Part shown: positions 33,159 through 45,893 of the stretch, piece by piece | How the letters are laid out: the number at the start of each line of letters is the position of its first letter | Numbering within the stretch: position 1 is the first letter of the stretch | Assembly (NCBI RefSeq): GCF_964355755.1 | Contig: NC_092672.1 | Location: forward strand, 1,426,001-1,490,000 | Length of the DNA stretch: 64,000 nucleotides | Source: Antedon mediterranea | Lineage: Eukaryota > Animalia > Echinodermata | Reading direction: 5' to 3' | Notes under the pieces: model-generated | What the model was told of the DNA's origin: nothing | Seen by the model: the letters and a program-made list of their open reading frames with translations, nothing else | Database searches by the model: none | Position numbers and translations under genes: made by a program

Positions 33159-35146
33159 CAGAGATACTAACGTCATATGTGTTCAACTGGCCTTGAAATC
33201 CTCAAATCAATATAACGTTTAGGTAAACAATGTCAATAATTGCAAATAGAATATTTATTGGACCTTTTATGCGAAAGGTGATCAATAAACTATCCCCATT
33301 AAATGACCTTTTATGTAGAAGCGTGCAAATCTACCTCATTTGCATATATTGCCTTTAATTTCATGCGTTTCCATAATTATAAATTACATTCATAAAGGCC
33401 TTTCATAAGTTAATTTTAATTAATAAATTTAATTTTTTTGTCTTTAATTGTTTCATTCTTTCTTTTATTCCTGTCCTTTCCTGATTCATTTTCTGTTAAA
33501 TACTCGTTTCTTCATTCAATACATAGAGAGGCCTACATTAATAATTATAAGTGTAATTTTGAAAGTCTTTCAAATTATTTTATTATTAACAACATTTCCA
33601 TCTTTATTTTATATTATACGTTCTTTTACTTTTAAAAGAAAAGAAATACAGTTTTAAAAAAGAAAGAATATATAACATTTAGTTGTTGTATTTACAACAA
33701 TGGCCTGACTGCATGTACTATGCATTTGGTAGGACATCTTGATAAACCTACACACCACCTGTACAAAGGTAAACCGGTTCCATTGATCTTTGGACCGTAA
33801 CAGACCATGATCCATTACCAACCACATTCATATTATAGTATAGCGTTTGTCAACATTGTTCTCACGGATTTTCTACATTTCAATACTGTATGTTAATATA
33901 ATGTATTTGCCGCACATGACATTAACGTAAATCAATACTGTATGTTGCTAAAATGTATCAACAATTAGGCGCACATCATTAACGTAAATACTGATACGTA
34001 ATATAATATAAATGATTTCTACAAAATTACTATTTTATTCAGTAAATATTGATATTCAAATTTCCCGTAGTGTTTAGTCATGTATAAATGGGCTGGTATG
34101 TATAGAGCAGCCTATGCTGCTGTGAGATTGTCGATTTCCTCGTCAATATATCTCAACGCCCATCAATAATACTAACAATTCCTTCCTGATGTTACCTAAT
34201 TGATGTCTATAAATAAGTATCACTGAACGATTGTTACATACTTAACAATTGTTATCTCTGAACATAAGGTTACAACGATCTCTGTTATCTAGTACAGGAA
34301 AATGATGATTTTAAACCGAATGGTAGATTTTTGGAATACATATCGATAAATGACAACTACCAAAACATTGTTAAAAGAATCGATACGTAATTAATTAATC
34401 TACCAGTATTTCTATAAATACATTCGATCGAAATGTTCTATCCGTTACGTGAACTACACTGGTATTTGCCAATTTTAAACACAGCATATAATGTAATATA
34501 ACAGTTAAATAGCAATTCAATAGTTTAATAACAAATCTATTGACTTAATAGCTGTAACATACTTTGTGTCTTACCTTAGGCCTACAGTGGTGTTCAATGG
34601 TTCCTTTTACTAATTTTTTAAAGAGTCTATTCTAAAACTAAAGTGCAGTTAATGTATCAATAATTGTACGCCCTCTGGTTAATATACCAGAAATAATATT
34701 ATTTCTTTGAGGGCAGTAGTTATACACTGATTAATAGCAAAGATTGTGTACTATATCTTTGTTAATAGGTATAACTACCGCGTACTATACTGATCAACGA
34801 CTTATAATTTACTCGCGCACCGCACGACACGCACTTCACAGCGCCACGCGCTACAATGATGGAAGTCAGTTGTAATAAATATATTGTTTTAATTCTTCCA
34901 ATTAATCTAATTTAATGTATGCTTTTATATTAAACTTTATTACAAAAAAAAGTGAAATGTGAGAAGTTCAACTTCATGTAGGCAGAGTGGTATGATTAGG
35001 GACGCAACGCAATGACAACGTAAACACAAACGCAAATAACTAAACCAATCACAGTGACGGACATCCAAGTTGTCATTTGTGATTGGTTAATTACTTCTTG
35101 CGTTGCGTATATCCCTTGCGTAACTCTCTTTCAGTATTTTGTAGTT

Positions 35147-38100
35147 TCATAATAGGTCATACCGATCTCTTAATTTGTCTATAGTCAGATATAGTATCTG
35201 ATTGGCTAATGCATCATCACGTGGCGTTTCATCAGAATGCAAGTCATATTTATGTCCCTTTGACCTTTGCCGCTTTTCCTCTCTTCCTCGTAATATCTTC
35301 CGAAGACAATTCATTCTAAATTTAGAAATACTTATATCTTCCTTTGACTTTTCATATGCCTCATAAATTGCACACGAACGTCTGAAAAATACGAAGTAGG
35401 CCTAGTTTTAGTTTATTCATCATGTAAAGAAAAATAAAATAGGAAAGCTGTTAAAACGAAACAAAAATATTGTACAATCAATCTTATGCTAAATATAGTA
35501 CGTACGGTCCATCATCGTTTGTATTATCGTTTTCATCCTTAATGACGTCATCTTGACGAATCCGCTCATCTTGAACTTGCGTACAGTCGATGCTTTTTTC
35601 AAAATTCTTAAAAAAAGTCATAAGATGAACATTTACCGTCTTAATGATAGTTAGTTATATTTATAACACAGTTATTTTACTCTAAAGTAAAAAAAACATC
35701 ATCTTTTTGTAACTCCAATGGTTATTTGTTTACGTACATTTGGAGGCTCTGGATGTCTTTCAATACCTGGAAGTTCTTGTGTAAAAGTTGCTGGGACGGA
35801 CCTTGATCGTTGTGGACTTTGAAGTCTTAGAACACGTCGAGGGGTGTGGCAAGTCTGTGGTCTATATTTTTAAAAAGAAATAAATTGTGTGCAAAGTTAT
35901 GCCAAATCGATATATTCTAAAATAGTGGGGTTATAATATTAAAGTTTATTGTCTGTAACTGATACTATGCAGCATCATTGCCATCATCAACATTGTCATC
36001 ATCATCAAATAATCATCATCCTATAACCATCATAATCGATAGTCGTCGTCATCATATCGTCTCATATCATCATCATCATATTATCATCATCGTATCATCA
36101 TATCATCATTATTATCATGAATTGAGCGTCTTTAGCGTTCCATACCTTCCTGCATGTATCCGTCGCCTCTTTAACCATACGTTTTCTTTTATCAGATGAT
36201 TACATCCAGATTCTTTCAGTAGTTGTACGACTTTTGTTCTTCTAAAGTTTTGCCAAACTGTCCAGTTAGAGCCTCTATCTCGGATCTCGCTGTCGTCTAT
36301 TGATGCTTTCGGCTGCTTTACAATCAAATGGATGAGGTTCTCTCGAGCTGTCATGTTGAAATTCATCCTAAAATAGTAACGGTATTCTCAAGATAAGATG
36401 ATTACATTTTCACGAACCTCGAGACAACGATTCAAAATAAATAGTTCCGGAGAAAATGCTGGTCATATCGATACCACAATTGTATTTGTTTTAAAACGTA
36501 AAAAAACCCTTGTAGAAGCAATGAACTTTTGTTTTTTTTAGTTAAAATGTAAACTGTTGTCAGATTGTTGAGTAACTTTGGTTTATTATGTATACTGTTT
36601 GTTCTATGGATATGAAGTCCGACATAAAGAAATGAAATAAAGAAACGTTAATACTTTTTTTTGTGTGCAGCGTGAAACACAATTTAATGCGGATCCGGGA
36701 TACCATGAGTGGCGTCACTATAGGCTTACCTTTCATTGGTTAAGAGTTTTATCGTCGACATTCTCTGTACGACAAGTGGTTGTCGAGATATAAGAACCAC
36801 ACATTTTTAACCTTTGACCCCGGTTTTGGGCATGTTTGCCCCGGATAGCGAATTTGGCACATATCCCATGTTGTTCATTGGAGTCAAATTATATATAACA
36901 GTTGAGATATTCTCTCCTAAATTAAATGTTTTCCAAGCTGCGTATGCTAATTAATTGTGATATTGAGGATTTTTAGAATCTTACGTATTAATGCGATAAC
37001 AAGTAACTATGCCAGCACTGGAGACAGTAAACGAGCTTGGTATACCATTGATAACGCTTTCACCACCAAAAACATCACCTGTCATGACGTAAACAAAAAT
37101 TATTATTTATTTCTGTGTAGGTTTTCCAGCATCCATAGACATAAATATTGCAAAACCTGTTATTGGAACCATGTCGAGTTAAGCGCAAATTTAATGTGTA
37201 GCGTGCACGGTGAAATATGCTACATACATTCGCGTAAACAAGTTTATATTTGCTGAAATTGAGTTTAATATCTCTTATTAAGTTTTAATTATGATAATTC
37301 ATCTGAAATGTACTATGAATAATCACCTTGCTAACAACCACGATGAACTAATCTATTAATCTCATTCACCTAAAATTACATATTTCCCCGAGGGAAGAAG
37401 AAAGAAAAAACACACTTAAAATATACAACCTTCTTCTATATCTCCAAGTTTAAAAAGTTCGCTCTTTCCGGTTTGTTTCAAATACAATTTGCGAAAGTAC
37501 TGGCATCGACCTGTTCAAAGAAGAATGATTAAATTGTCAATAAATTAAACAATACGTTAATAAGGTTGGTAAAATAATGTTTGCTATGTTTGAATACAAT
37601 GATGTCGCTTCTAAATTGCCAGGGCCAATAATATTCAATTTAATTAATATGAACGATATTAGAACAGCAATATAAGCAAAAGGTGTTTTGTGTTTGTGCT
37701 ATTACTGGATGGGCTATCACTGGGCAATGGGCTACCACTGGACAATGGGCTACCACTGGACAATGGGCTATCACTGGACAACATGGCTATCAATGGAATA
37801 TAGGCTATACCACTGGACAACGGGCTAGTACTGGACACAATGGGCTATCACTGGAGAATGGGCTACCACTGGACAATGAGATATCACTGGACAATGAGAT
37901 ATAACTGGATCGGTCAATTGGCTATCACTAGACAATGGGCTATCGCTGGACTATGTGCTACCACTGGACTATGTGCTACTACTAGACAATGGGCTACAGC
38001 TGAATTATTAGTTGCCACTGAATTATTACCACTGACTGGAACCTCTACATCATGTAATAATAACTTACCTGATGATACAAAGTGTATTGAGTCTGCCATT

Positions 38101-40119
38101 TCGCCTTGCCGTAAGATTACCTTATTTGCTGGGTAAATCTGTAAAGCATACATTTATATTACTGAAACGTGATGTGAAAAAAAGATTTTCCCTTAAATAC
38201 AAATAGTCAAAGTAATATGACCCTTTGCAGTCTTTACTTATCATTAAAGTAGCCTAACAGAGAATAAAGCCTACAGTATATTATTAATATAAACAAAAAT
38301 GAATTTTAAATAAAAATTAACTAAAGATTCTTTGCTCTGTATAATATTCTAAAAATATTCTTCTTTCACTGATTTCTTTGTGTGTGGAAAATAACTTATG
38401 CTTTCGTTTACTGTTATTGTCGATGCAAAATGAATGACATTTTAATATTGTCTCCCAGTGCTCTAATTCTCCACCTGTCAAATTCTATTCATGATTTATT
38501 GCAACGAACCATAGGTGATCTATGCTTTTCTCTTACTTATAAACGTATTTCCTATTTTGCAATGCGTCAGAAACGCGTTGCAAAGCAATTTGTTAACGCA
38601 TTTTATGAAATACTGTAGAAGCAAATATATGCTGTGGGAATGCAATGTCAATAGGCGCGCCGCCTATAAGCACAGGTCTTTTTCAGTGCTGCCCTATTTG
38701 GCGTACGGTTTAACACCAATAACGCTTGGCGCATCGCAAACATTTTGATCAATCACGCGACGTGATGGATCATCCGAACTGTCGCTTGTATTGTGATTGG
38801 CTAAATCTCTCTCTCGTTGCGCCTACGCTCTCAGCCATCATGTCTGAGTTACGATAGTGCATCTAATGAACTTTACAGTTTCTTTTGTTCAAACATTAAT
38901 ATATAAATAATTCAAGTATAAAATGGCATCCGCAGAAACACCTGCTTTCAATTGGTATTTTGAAAGGTATGATATGCTCCTTTAATAAACAAAAAAAACT
39001 ACTAGAACATTAACAAATAATCGATTTAAAGCTATCTAGGTTTGTAACTGCAGTTTTCTACTACTTTGCTTACTGTGCCTTATATGGAAATCAAAGATAA
39101 AAAAATGTGTTTTGATTAAAATTTATACAGTAACTTACAATATATGAATTTATAGAAATGAAATTCATGGTATGATAATGATATAATATATAATATTTTA
39201 CCAGAATTAAGCTCTGTCTCTACACTATCAAACTTTACCTGACAACAAAATGTGATGTGCACATATATGAACATGGTTATGTCATCTCACTACCATGTTT
39301 GGGCACATCACACTTTTGTCAAACTAACAGTGTAGACAGAGCCTTACTTCATTTAGAAACAATTATGTGATCCTTTACCTGTTTAACAAGACCTGGAATC
39401 AGTCGCTCTTTGTCAACAGTTGGTAGCTTCTTAAGGAGTTGATGTCGGTTAATAAATGACCTCTTATCTTGTGTGTATTTTGAATGTAATCCCTCCATTG
39501 TATCATGGAATCTCTGTCGATCAACTCGAATAAATTCACAAATTTCCAATGTATACATAGTGGAAGGTGGTTCAAGATCTCGATGCTCTCCTTCGTGCGA
39601 TACCAGACCTAAATACTCGCCGGGTCCGTGCGTATAAATTAGATTTCGTTCGTGAACATGCACGGATGCGTCAAGACTGATACGATCGTAAGTCACTTCC
39701 ACTCGTCCGGTGACGATGTAAAAACATGATAAACAGTCTTCCCGATCCAGTTTATCAATATACTGACGCGCTTGATGCGTTTCATAAGTGACAACATAAC
39801 TAAGACATTCTTTCACATATTGCAGATTGTGATGTATCAGGCTTAGTACCTCAACCAAATAACTCATATGACGTAATTCATGATCATTTAATCGTCTGCA
39901 AGCATTCAATTCCATACATTCACGATTTCGCGCCAAAATTTTACGCGCCTCACGCGTAATAATTATACCATTTGATTTAGCTATGAACAGGCGTTTGTTG
40001 AAAACTGGCGGGAAATCTGTTGAGCTTTGTCGTTGATTCTCTTTCGCCCGTTCCTCTCTAGTTTCTCGTAAAAAGCGAAATCTCTGATGAGCCTTTTCAA
40101 CAACTGTTGACATGGACAT
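35147..40119 (-). CDS. Tandem cyclic-nucleotide-binding-domain protein (CNBD1/CNBD2-like), ~555 aa
   Basis: Exons 39379-40119, 38069-38138, 37430-37510, 36985-37078, 36146-36367, 35738-35861, 35506-35606, 35147-35381 (1668 nt, phases consistent). CNB-fold motifs: CFYIVTGRVEV...GPGEYLG and YPANKVILRQGEMADSIHFVSSGRC...EEGDVFGGE. Confidence 0.8.
35972..36120. repeat. Degenerate (CAT)n microsatellite
   Basis: Visible intronic low-complexity tract. Confidence 0.85.
37703..37998. repeat. 18-bp minisatellite (tgggctaccactggacaa)n
   Basis: About 15 degenerate units in an intron of the CNBD gene. Confidence 0.9.
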
Positions 40120-42164
40120 CGTGTCAGGCTATCTGGACCATTAACAAACAAACTGAATGACCTTAATATCTTAAGTACACATAATGCAATGGGTTATTAA
40201 TTTCTACAGTTCTTTATAATTGGATTTGAGAACCAGAGATGAGATTAGGTTAAAGCAAATCATCGCACAATATGAAAATCAATTATGGAATCCGTAGTAT
40301 AAACACAGTTGGTTAGCGAATGATCTAAATTCGCATTTCTTTTTTGTTTGCTCTGAAAAATATATATATAATATTTTATGGTAATAAATCAATATTAGTT
40401 TAAATTAACAATTTACTCAGATTTGCAATATTGAATCAAGTTATCTATGTACGTATTTGAATACTAGATTAAATAATATTGGCTTTAATTATATTTTTAA
40501 TTAGCAAATTGTATGATATTATATAGGAAAATCTCCTTAATGTTAGGCCTACTATTTTCAACTCAATTTCAAATGAGTTCGCATAATCCATTAGACCTAA
40601 TTTAATCATTCAACTTTCATTCATTCAATTTATTCACATACATAATACTATACAGTATACAATATAATATACAGTACAATAGGTGAAAAGGAGCCAAAAA
40701 ATATCTTTCGCTAATCGAAGTTTAAAATCGAAAATTGAGAAACCCGTATCCTTTCATTGATGATTAAGCCTAGGCCTACCGTTAATGTGACAGTCTAATA
40801 AAGTATAATTAGCGGTCAAGTTGAGTATACTTACCAACCAAACTAGCCTGTCCGATTCTTAATACTGGATAACTGGTAGGCCTCCGTTGTTGAGACGAAT
40901 CACATCATGATTACGTTACAAGAACACATTCACTCTTTGTATCAACTGAAGCCACTCAAACCACTCAGCTCGCCATTCATTTCATGTTTAACCAATACAA
41001 GTGGTTTATGAAATCACGTGGTATAAATATCTAGATCAGTATTGAAAAGACTTACGTAATCTTAGGAAACATGCTTCAAAAAAATAAAATAATAAGAATG
41101 ATTATGCCTCTATTGTAGGTACAGTATCAGTAATACAAGGTAAGCATTTACAGTTTACAAGGATATTATTATATTATATTGGACTAAACACATTTGTTGT
41201 AAAAGCAAAAATTGAAACCACAATTAATAAATACTAATCTGGTATAAAAATGGGGAAAATAGTTTCAGCACGAACTGATTGCGTTTGCAGTCTCAATTGT
41301 CGAGATAAGGAAAGGGACTCAAATACATCATCAAAATGTTATAATGAGACTCTAACTAAAATTACCTGCACAGACGCAATTAGATTTACTCTACAGCTCA
41401 CTATGGTCGGTAAACACTAACTTGAGCACGCGACTGCAGCCATGTGTGTCCTTGTTTACTACTTGCGCGGCCCGCTTGCTAAGTGGGATCCAATTGTCAT
41501 GTTCCATCTATTAGGTTCCTGCAATTTTCTGCAAATTATTGATATCATAAGTAACTAATCTGCTATTATACAAAAAAGTCAAATCAAATTATTTGGTATA
41601 TCCAATTGACAAAATTTAGTTTTGAAAAGAAGTGATTTTTGTATAATTTTAGTTTTTAATATATACCGGTTGGAGTGAACCTTGCTGGCAAAACCTGCTT
41701 CGCAAGAACACTCGTGGTCCATGTGTCCTTAATATAATAGAATGGAATAAAAAAAGTATCGACTATAGTGTAGGCGTAAACACAACAAGAAGAGTACAGA
41801 TATATCTGCAATATAAGTTACATAATGATGTGTGTTATAAATGGTCGTACTTGATGTTCGTGGTCGATATGAGAAGGTGCTTAATACGATCAGAACGTAT
41901 TGTTATTTAATGCGATAATTTCCCGGTAATATTGAAATCAGCTGCTTGGATAAAATTATAAAAAAAGGAATTTATATTGGCGAGAAACAACACGGCTGTA
42001 TTGGTACAGCTGTCCTGTTTTTATTAGGGATCCATACTTCATAAAGACCCTATTCATTGCGCTCACTTTTTGTTGTTAATTGCAAGGCGGAAAATGTAAA
42101 AAGGTAATTAACTCAATGTTTTGTTACTAACTTTAACCATTTGTTTTGGTACCCCTTTGGTAAA

Positions 42165-43437
42165 GTCCCTACAACTTAGCGCTCTAACTTATGTTTGTTA
42201 AACTATGATTAGTTTAGTTCCCTAACTAGCTGCTTGTTGCTGAACTCTGCTTTCACCACTTTGCTATAGTCCGTACAACTTAGTTGCTTAACTAGCTGCT
42301 TGTTGCTGAACTATGCTTTCACCACTTTGCTATGAGTCCGTACAAGTTAGTTCCTTACCTAGCTGCTTGTTGCTGAACTCCCCTTTTACCACTTTGCTAC
42401 AGTCCGTACAACTTAGTTCCTTAACTAGCTGCTTGTTGCTGACCTCTGCTTTTGCCACATTGCTACAGTCCGTACCACTTGGTTCTTTAACTAGCTGCTA
42501 GTTGCTGAACTCTGCTTTCACCACTTTGCTACAGTCCGTACAACTTAGTTCCTTAACTAGCTGTTTGTTGCTGACCTCTGCTTTCGCCACATTGCTACAG
42601 TCCGTTCCACTTAGTTCCTTAACTAGCTGCTTGTTGCTGACCTCTGCTTTCGCCACATTGCTACAGTCCGTACCACTTAGTTCCTTAACTAGCTGCTTGT
42701 TGCTGACCTCTCCTTTCGCCACATTGCTACAGTCCGTACAACTTAGTTCCTTAACTAGCTGCTTGTTGCTGACCTCTGCTTTCGCCACATTGCTACAGTC
42801 CGTACAACTTAGTTCCTTAACTAGCTTCTAGTTGCTGAACTCTGCTTTCACCACTTTGCTACAATCCGTACAACTTAGTGGTTAAACTAGCTGCTTGTTG
42901 TTGAGCTCTGCTTTCACCTCTTTGCTACAGTCCGTATCACTTAGTTCCTTAACTAGCTGCTAGTTGCTGAACTCTCCTTCCACCACTTTGCTACAGTCCG
43001 TACAACTTAGTTCCTTAACTAGCTACTTGTTGCTGACCTCTGCTATCGCCACATTGCTACAGTCCGTACCACTTAGTTCCTTAACTAGCTGCTTGTTGCT
43101 GACCTCTGCTTTCATCACGTTTCTACAGTCCGTACAACTTAGTTCCTTAACTCGCTGCTTGTTGCTGAACTCTGCTTTCACCACTTAGCTACTGTCCGTA
43201 CAACTTAGTTCCTTAACTCGCTGCTTGTTGCTGAACTCTGCTTTCACCACTTTGCTACAGTCCGTACAACTTAGTTCCTTAACTCGCTGCTTGTTGCTGA
43301 ACTCTGCTTTCACCACTTTGCTACAGTCTCTGTACAACTTAGTTCCTTAACTAGCTGCTTGTTGCTGAACTCTGCTTTCACCACTTTGCTACAGTCCGTA
43401 ACTTAGTTCCTTAACTAGCTGCTTGTTGCTGAACTCT
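42165..43437. repeat. 66-bp minisatellite, about 19 copies
   Basis: Unit ctacagtccgtacaacttagttccttaactagctgcttgttgctgaactctgctttcaccactttg. Confidence 0.95.
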
Positions 43438-44019
43438 CAAATACAAAGAAAAACAATGTTTTAGGTTTTATTGGTTGTTTTTATTGTTTTATTACGACAA
43501 AAACATTTTTTTTTCTTTTACAAAATGTCTTACAATTAGCAGCAAATAGTAATAGCATTAACAAAATACAACCTTTTCCCTCCTTTACTTTTGCCGCTTC
43601 CACCGTCTCACACAGACAATCTGTGACGTCAGTATCTCATTAGCATAATTATGTGATTTATTTGGCTTGATAACATATTTTAAAGCTAACAAACTCAAAC
43701 GCTCGCTATATTAACGCTTAACAACAACATACAGGTTTCAATGCAAGTCGATATTGGTGGACAACAAATATATTCAATGCACATGTCGGCGCGCGGATGG
43801 TGGTAAATCTTGAATTATAATTATGTACCCTACGATGGAATTACTTAACTATAGGAATATATATTATATAATTTATATTTTATTTGGGAATGGTTAATAA
43901 TCAAGATCGGTTAAAAGCCAACAAACACAAGATGCATAATTTTGTTTGTATTCAAGCAATATACAAATATATTAAAATAGCTATATTACACCAGAAAAAC
44001 AAAGTCAACAGTTCTGTAA

Positions 44020-44120
44020 GGCCTGTTTTCCTGTCGACGTTATTCGACGCTATCGTTTTCAAACGATCGTCATTGAACTTTTAACGATTAACGACGATAG
44101 CGTCGACAGGAAAACAGGCT
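44020..44120. mobile_element. Short palindromic MITE-like element
   Basis: Inverted ends gcctgttttcctgtcgacg ... cgtcgacaggaaaacaggc. Confidence 0.6.
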
Positions 44121-45893
44121 TAACATACGTGTCGGGAATACGAATTTATCATAAGAATGTTAAAATAATTATTTGCTAATACAATACTTTTGATAAGATA
44201 CTTTCACTTGGTATGCAACATACGTTAAAATCTGATAGGCCTAATGTTCCAGTAGTATTCATAATGTCTATTTTGTGTATTTTACTTCTTAATTAATTTT
44301 CAATTCCAAACTACAGTACAAAACTATTTTTGGTTAAATGGATTTAGAACAATAACTTAAACAAACAAATGTATCAAGGAACGAATTATAAAATTTGTTC
44401 AAGAAGTAGAAGTTAAAAAATATACTATTGGTCACGTGATCCGTGTGTTCTCACCTGGTCACGTGAAAAATAGACGAATGGATTGCACTTTATATAAAAA
44501 TTCTTCCCTTGGAAACAAATGACTACAACATCCCATCTATATATATAATAATCTACACAAGTAATTTTTAAAATGAGATACATATTTATAATAATAATAT
44601 AACAATTCAAGAGTATTCTATATTTAAAAAGTAACACTTTTGCGTACCCCTTCGTACCCTTGTCCACACTACTGAACGTTGGCAATATTTACAATACTTT
44701 AAATAAGGACGGAATAGCAACATATATCAAGTAATATAAAATCAAGTTGTATACACAATCCGTCTCGTTAAAATAGGGAACATTTCGATTGCACACTACG
44801 CGCCACCTAGTAGAGGCAGGCAACAAATACAAGGCATGTAGAGCGCTTCTCGTTCCTTGATATCCTAAGTTAGCCCCCCCCTAATTGGAATACTTGATTT
44901 AGGCTTAAAAGTTATGAGTAATCCTACAGTGGCTTCCGATATTTTACAGTAATAAACTTCCCAAATTATCATAATAAACTTACATATCGGCAGTCTATGA
45001 TTTGATATCAATGTTGATATTAATAGCTCAGTTTATTTAGGTTTATTTCTGATTTTCAATCGCAGTTGTCGATGCCTTCCTATTCTCTGTCTGCCTATAT
45101 CCCACATCTGTGACGTTACATAATCTTTCTGTCCTGATTGGTTGATTTCTACTAGTATTTAAATTCCAGAACATTTTGTAAAGTAGCATTTTTCTTCATT
45201 CCTGCATAATTATTCTGATAAACCAGGTAAGTATGGATATCGACAATATGTAACTAATATACATAATATGCGCCTACTCCTATAATCTCAGCGTGTCGCG
45301 CGTAGAATGCAATCGAAAATTCCCTATAGGACTAATGGTTCTCTTACGTCATCATAATTACTGTTATTTTGTATATATTTGTAAAAAAAAAATTGAAACA
45401 ATGATATATGTATTTGTTTGTATGACATGAAAGACCAAATAACATTTATCAAGCAAATAGATATAATATTGATAACCTAGATTGCTATACGGGTGAAACA
45501 CTACTATGAACAATAGGGAGTTTTTACTATTCCAGTTACTGCACATCCACCCTTTGCGGTGGATATCTTATTTTTAAACATGCGCTCAGAGCAAAGCATT
45601 TTTTTTTGGGAAAGCAATTTTCATATAGATTGTACGATCACAGTCACAACTAATGTTATTAATTTATTTTTATAACCAATGAACGATGATGGCGTTATTT
45701 TGGAGAGTCAGACTATAAGCACTTAAAGCTTTTCGCGCTCATAAGCGCCGATCATGTGTCACCCCGGCAACTAGATACGCGTATAAGTTGTTTCTAGGCA
45801 ACGCAATAAGTCGCTATATAGTTTAATCGCACGCACTTGGTCGGAATACGTATTTCCTCTTTAGGTTGCAGTTCAACCATTTATATATAATAT

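Noticed and set aside
36730-36916. Extra CNBD exon
   Set aside because: All frames from the 36916 acceptor hit stops, and splicing 36985 to 36367 is already in frame.
42313-43188. ORFs with 22-aa CxxC-containing repeats
   Set aside because: These are translations of the 66-bp satellite, interrupted by stops and frameshifts on both strands.
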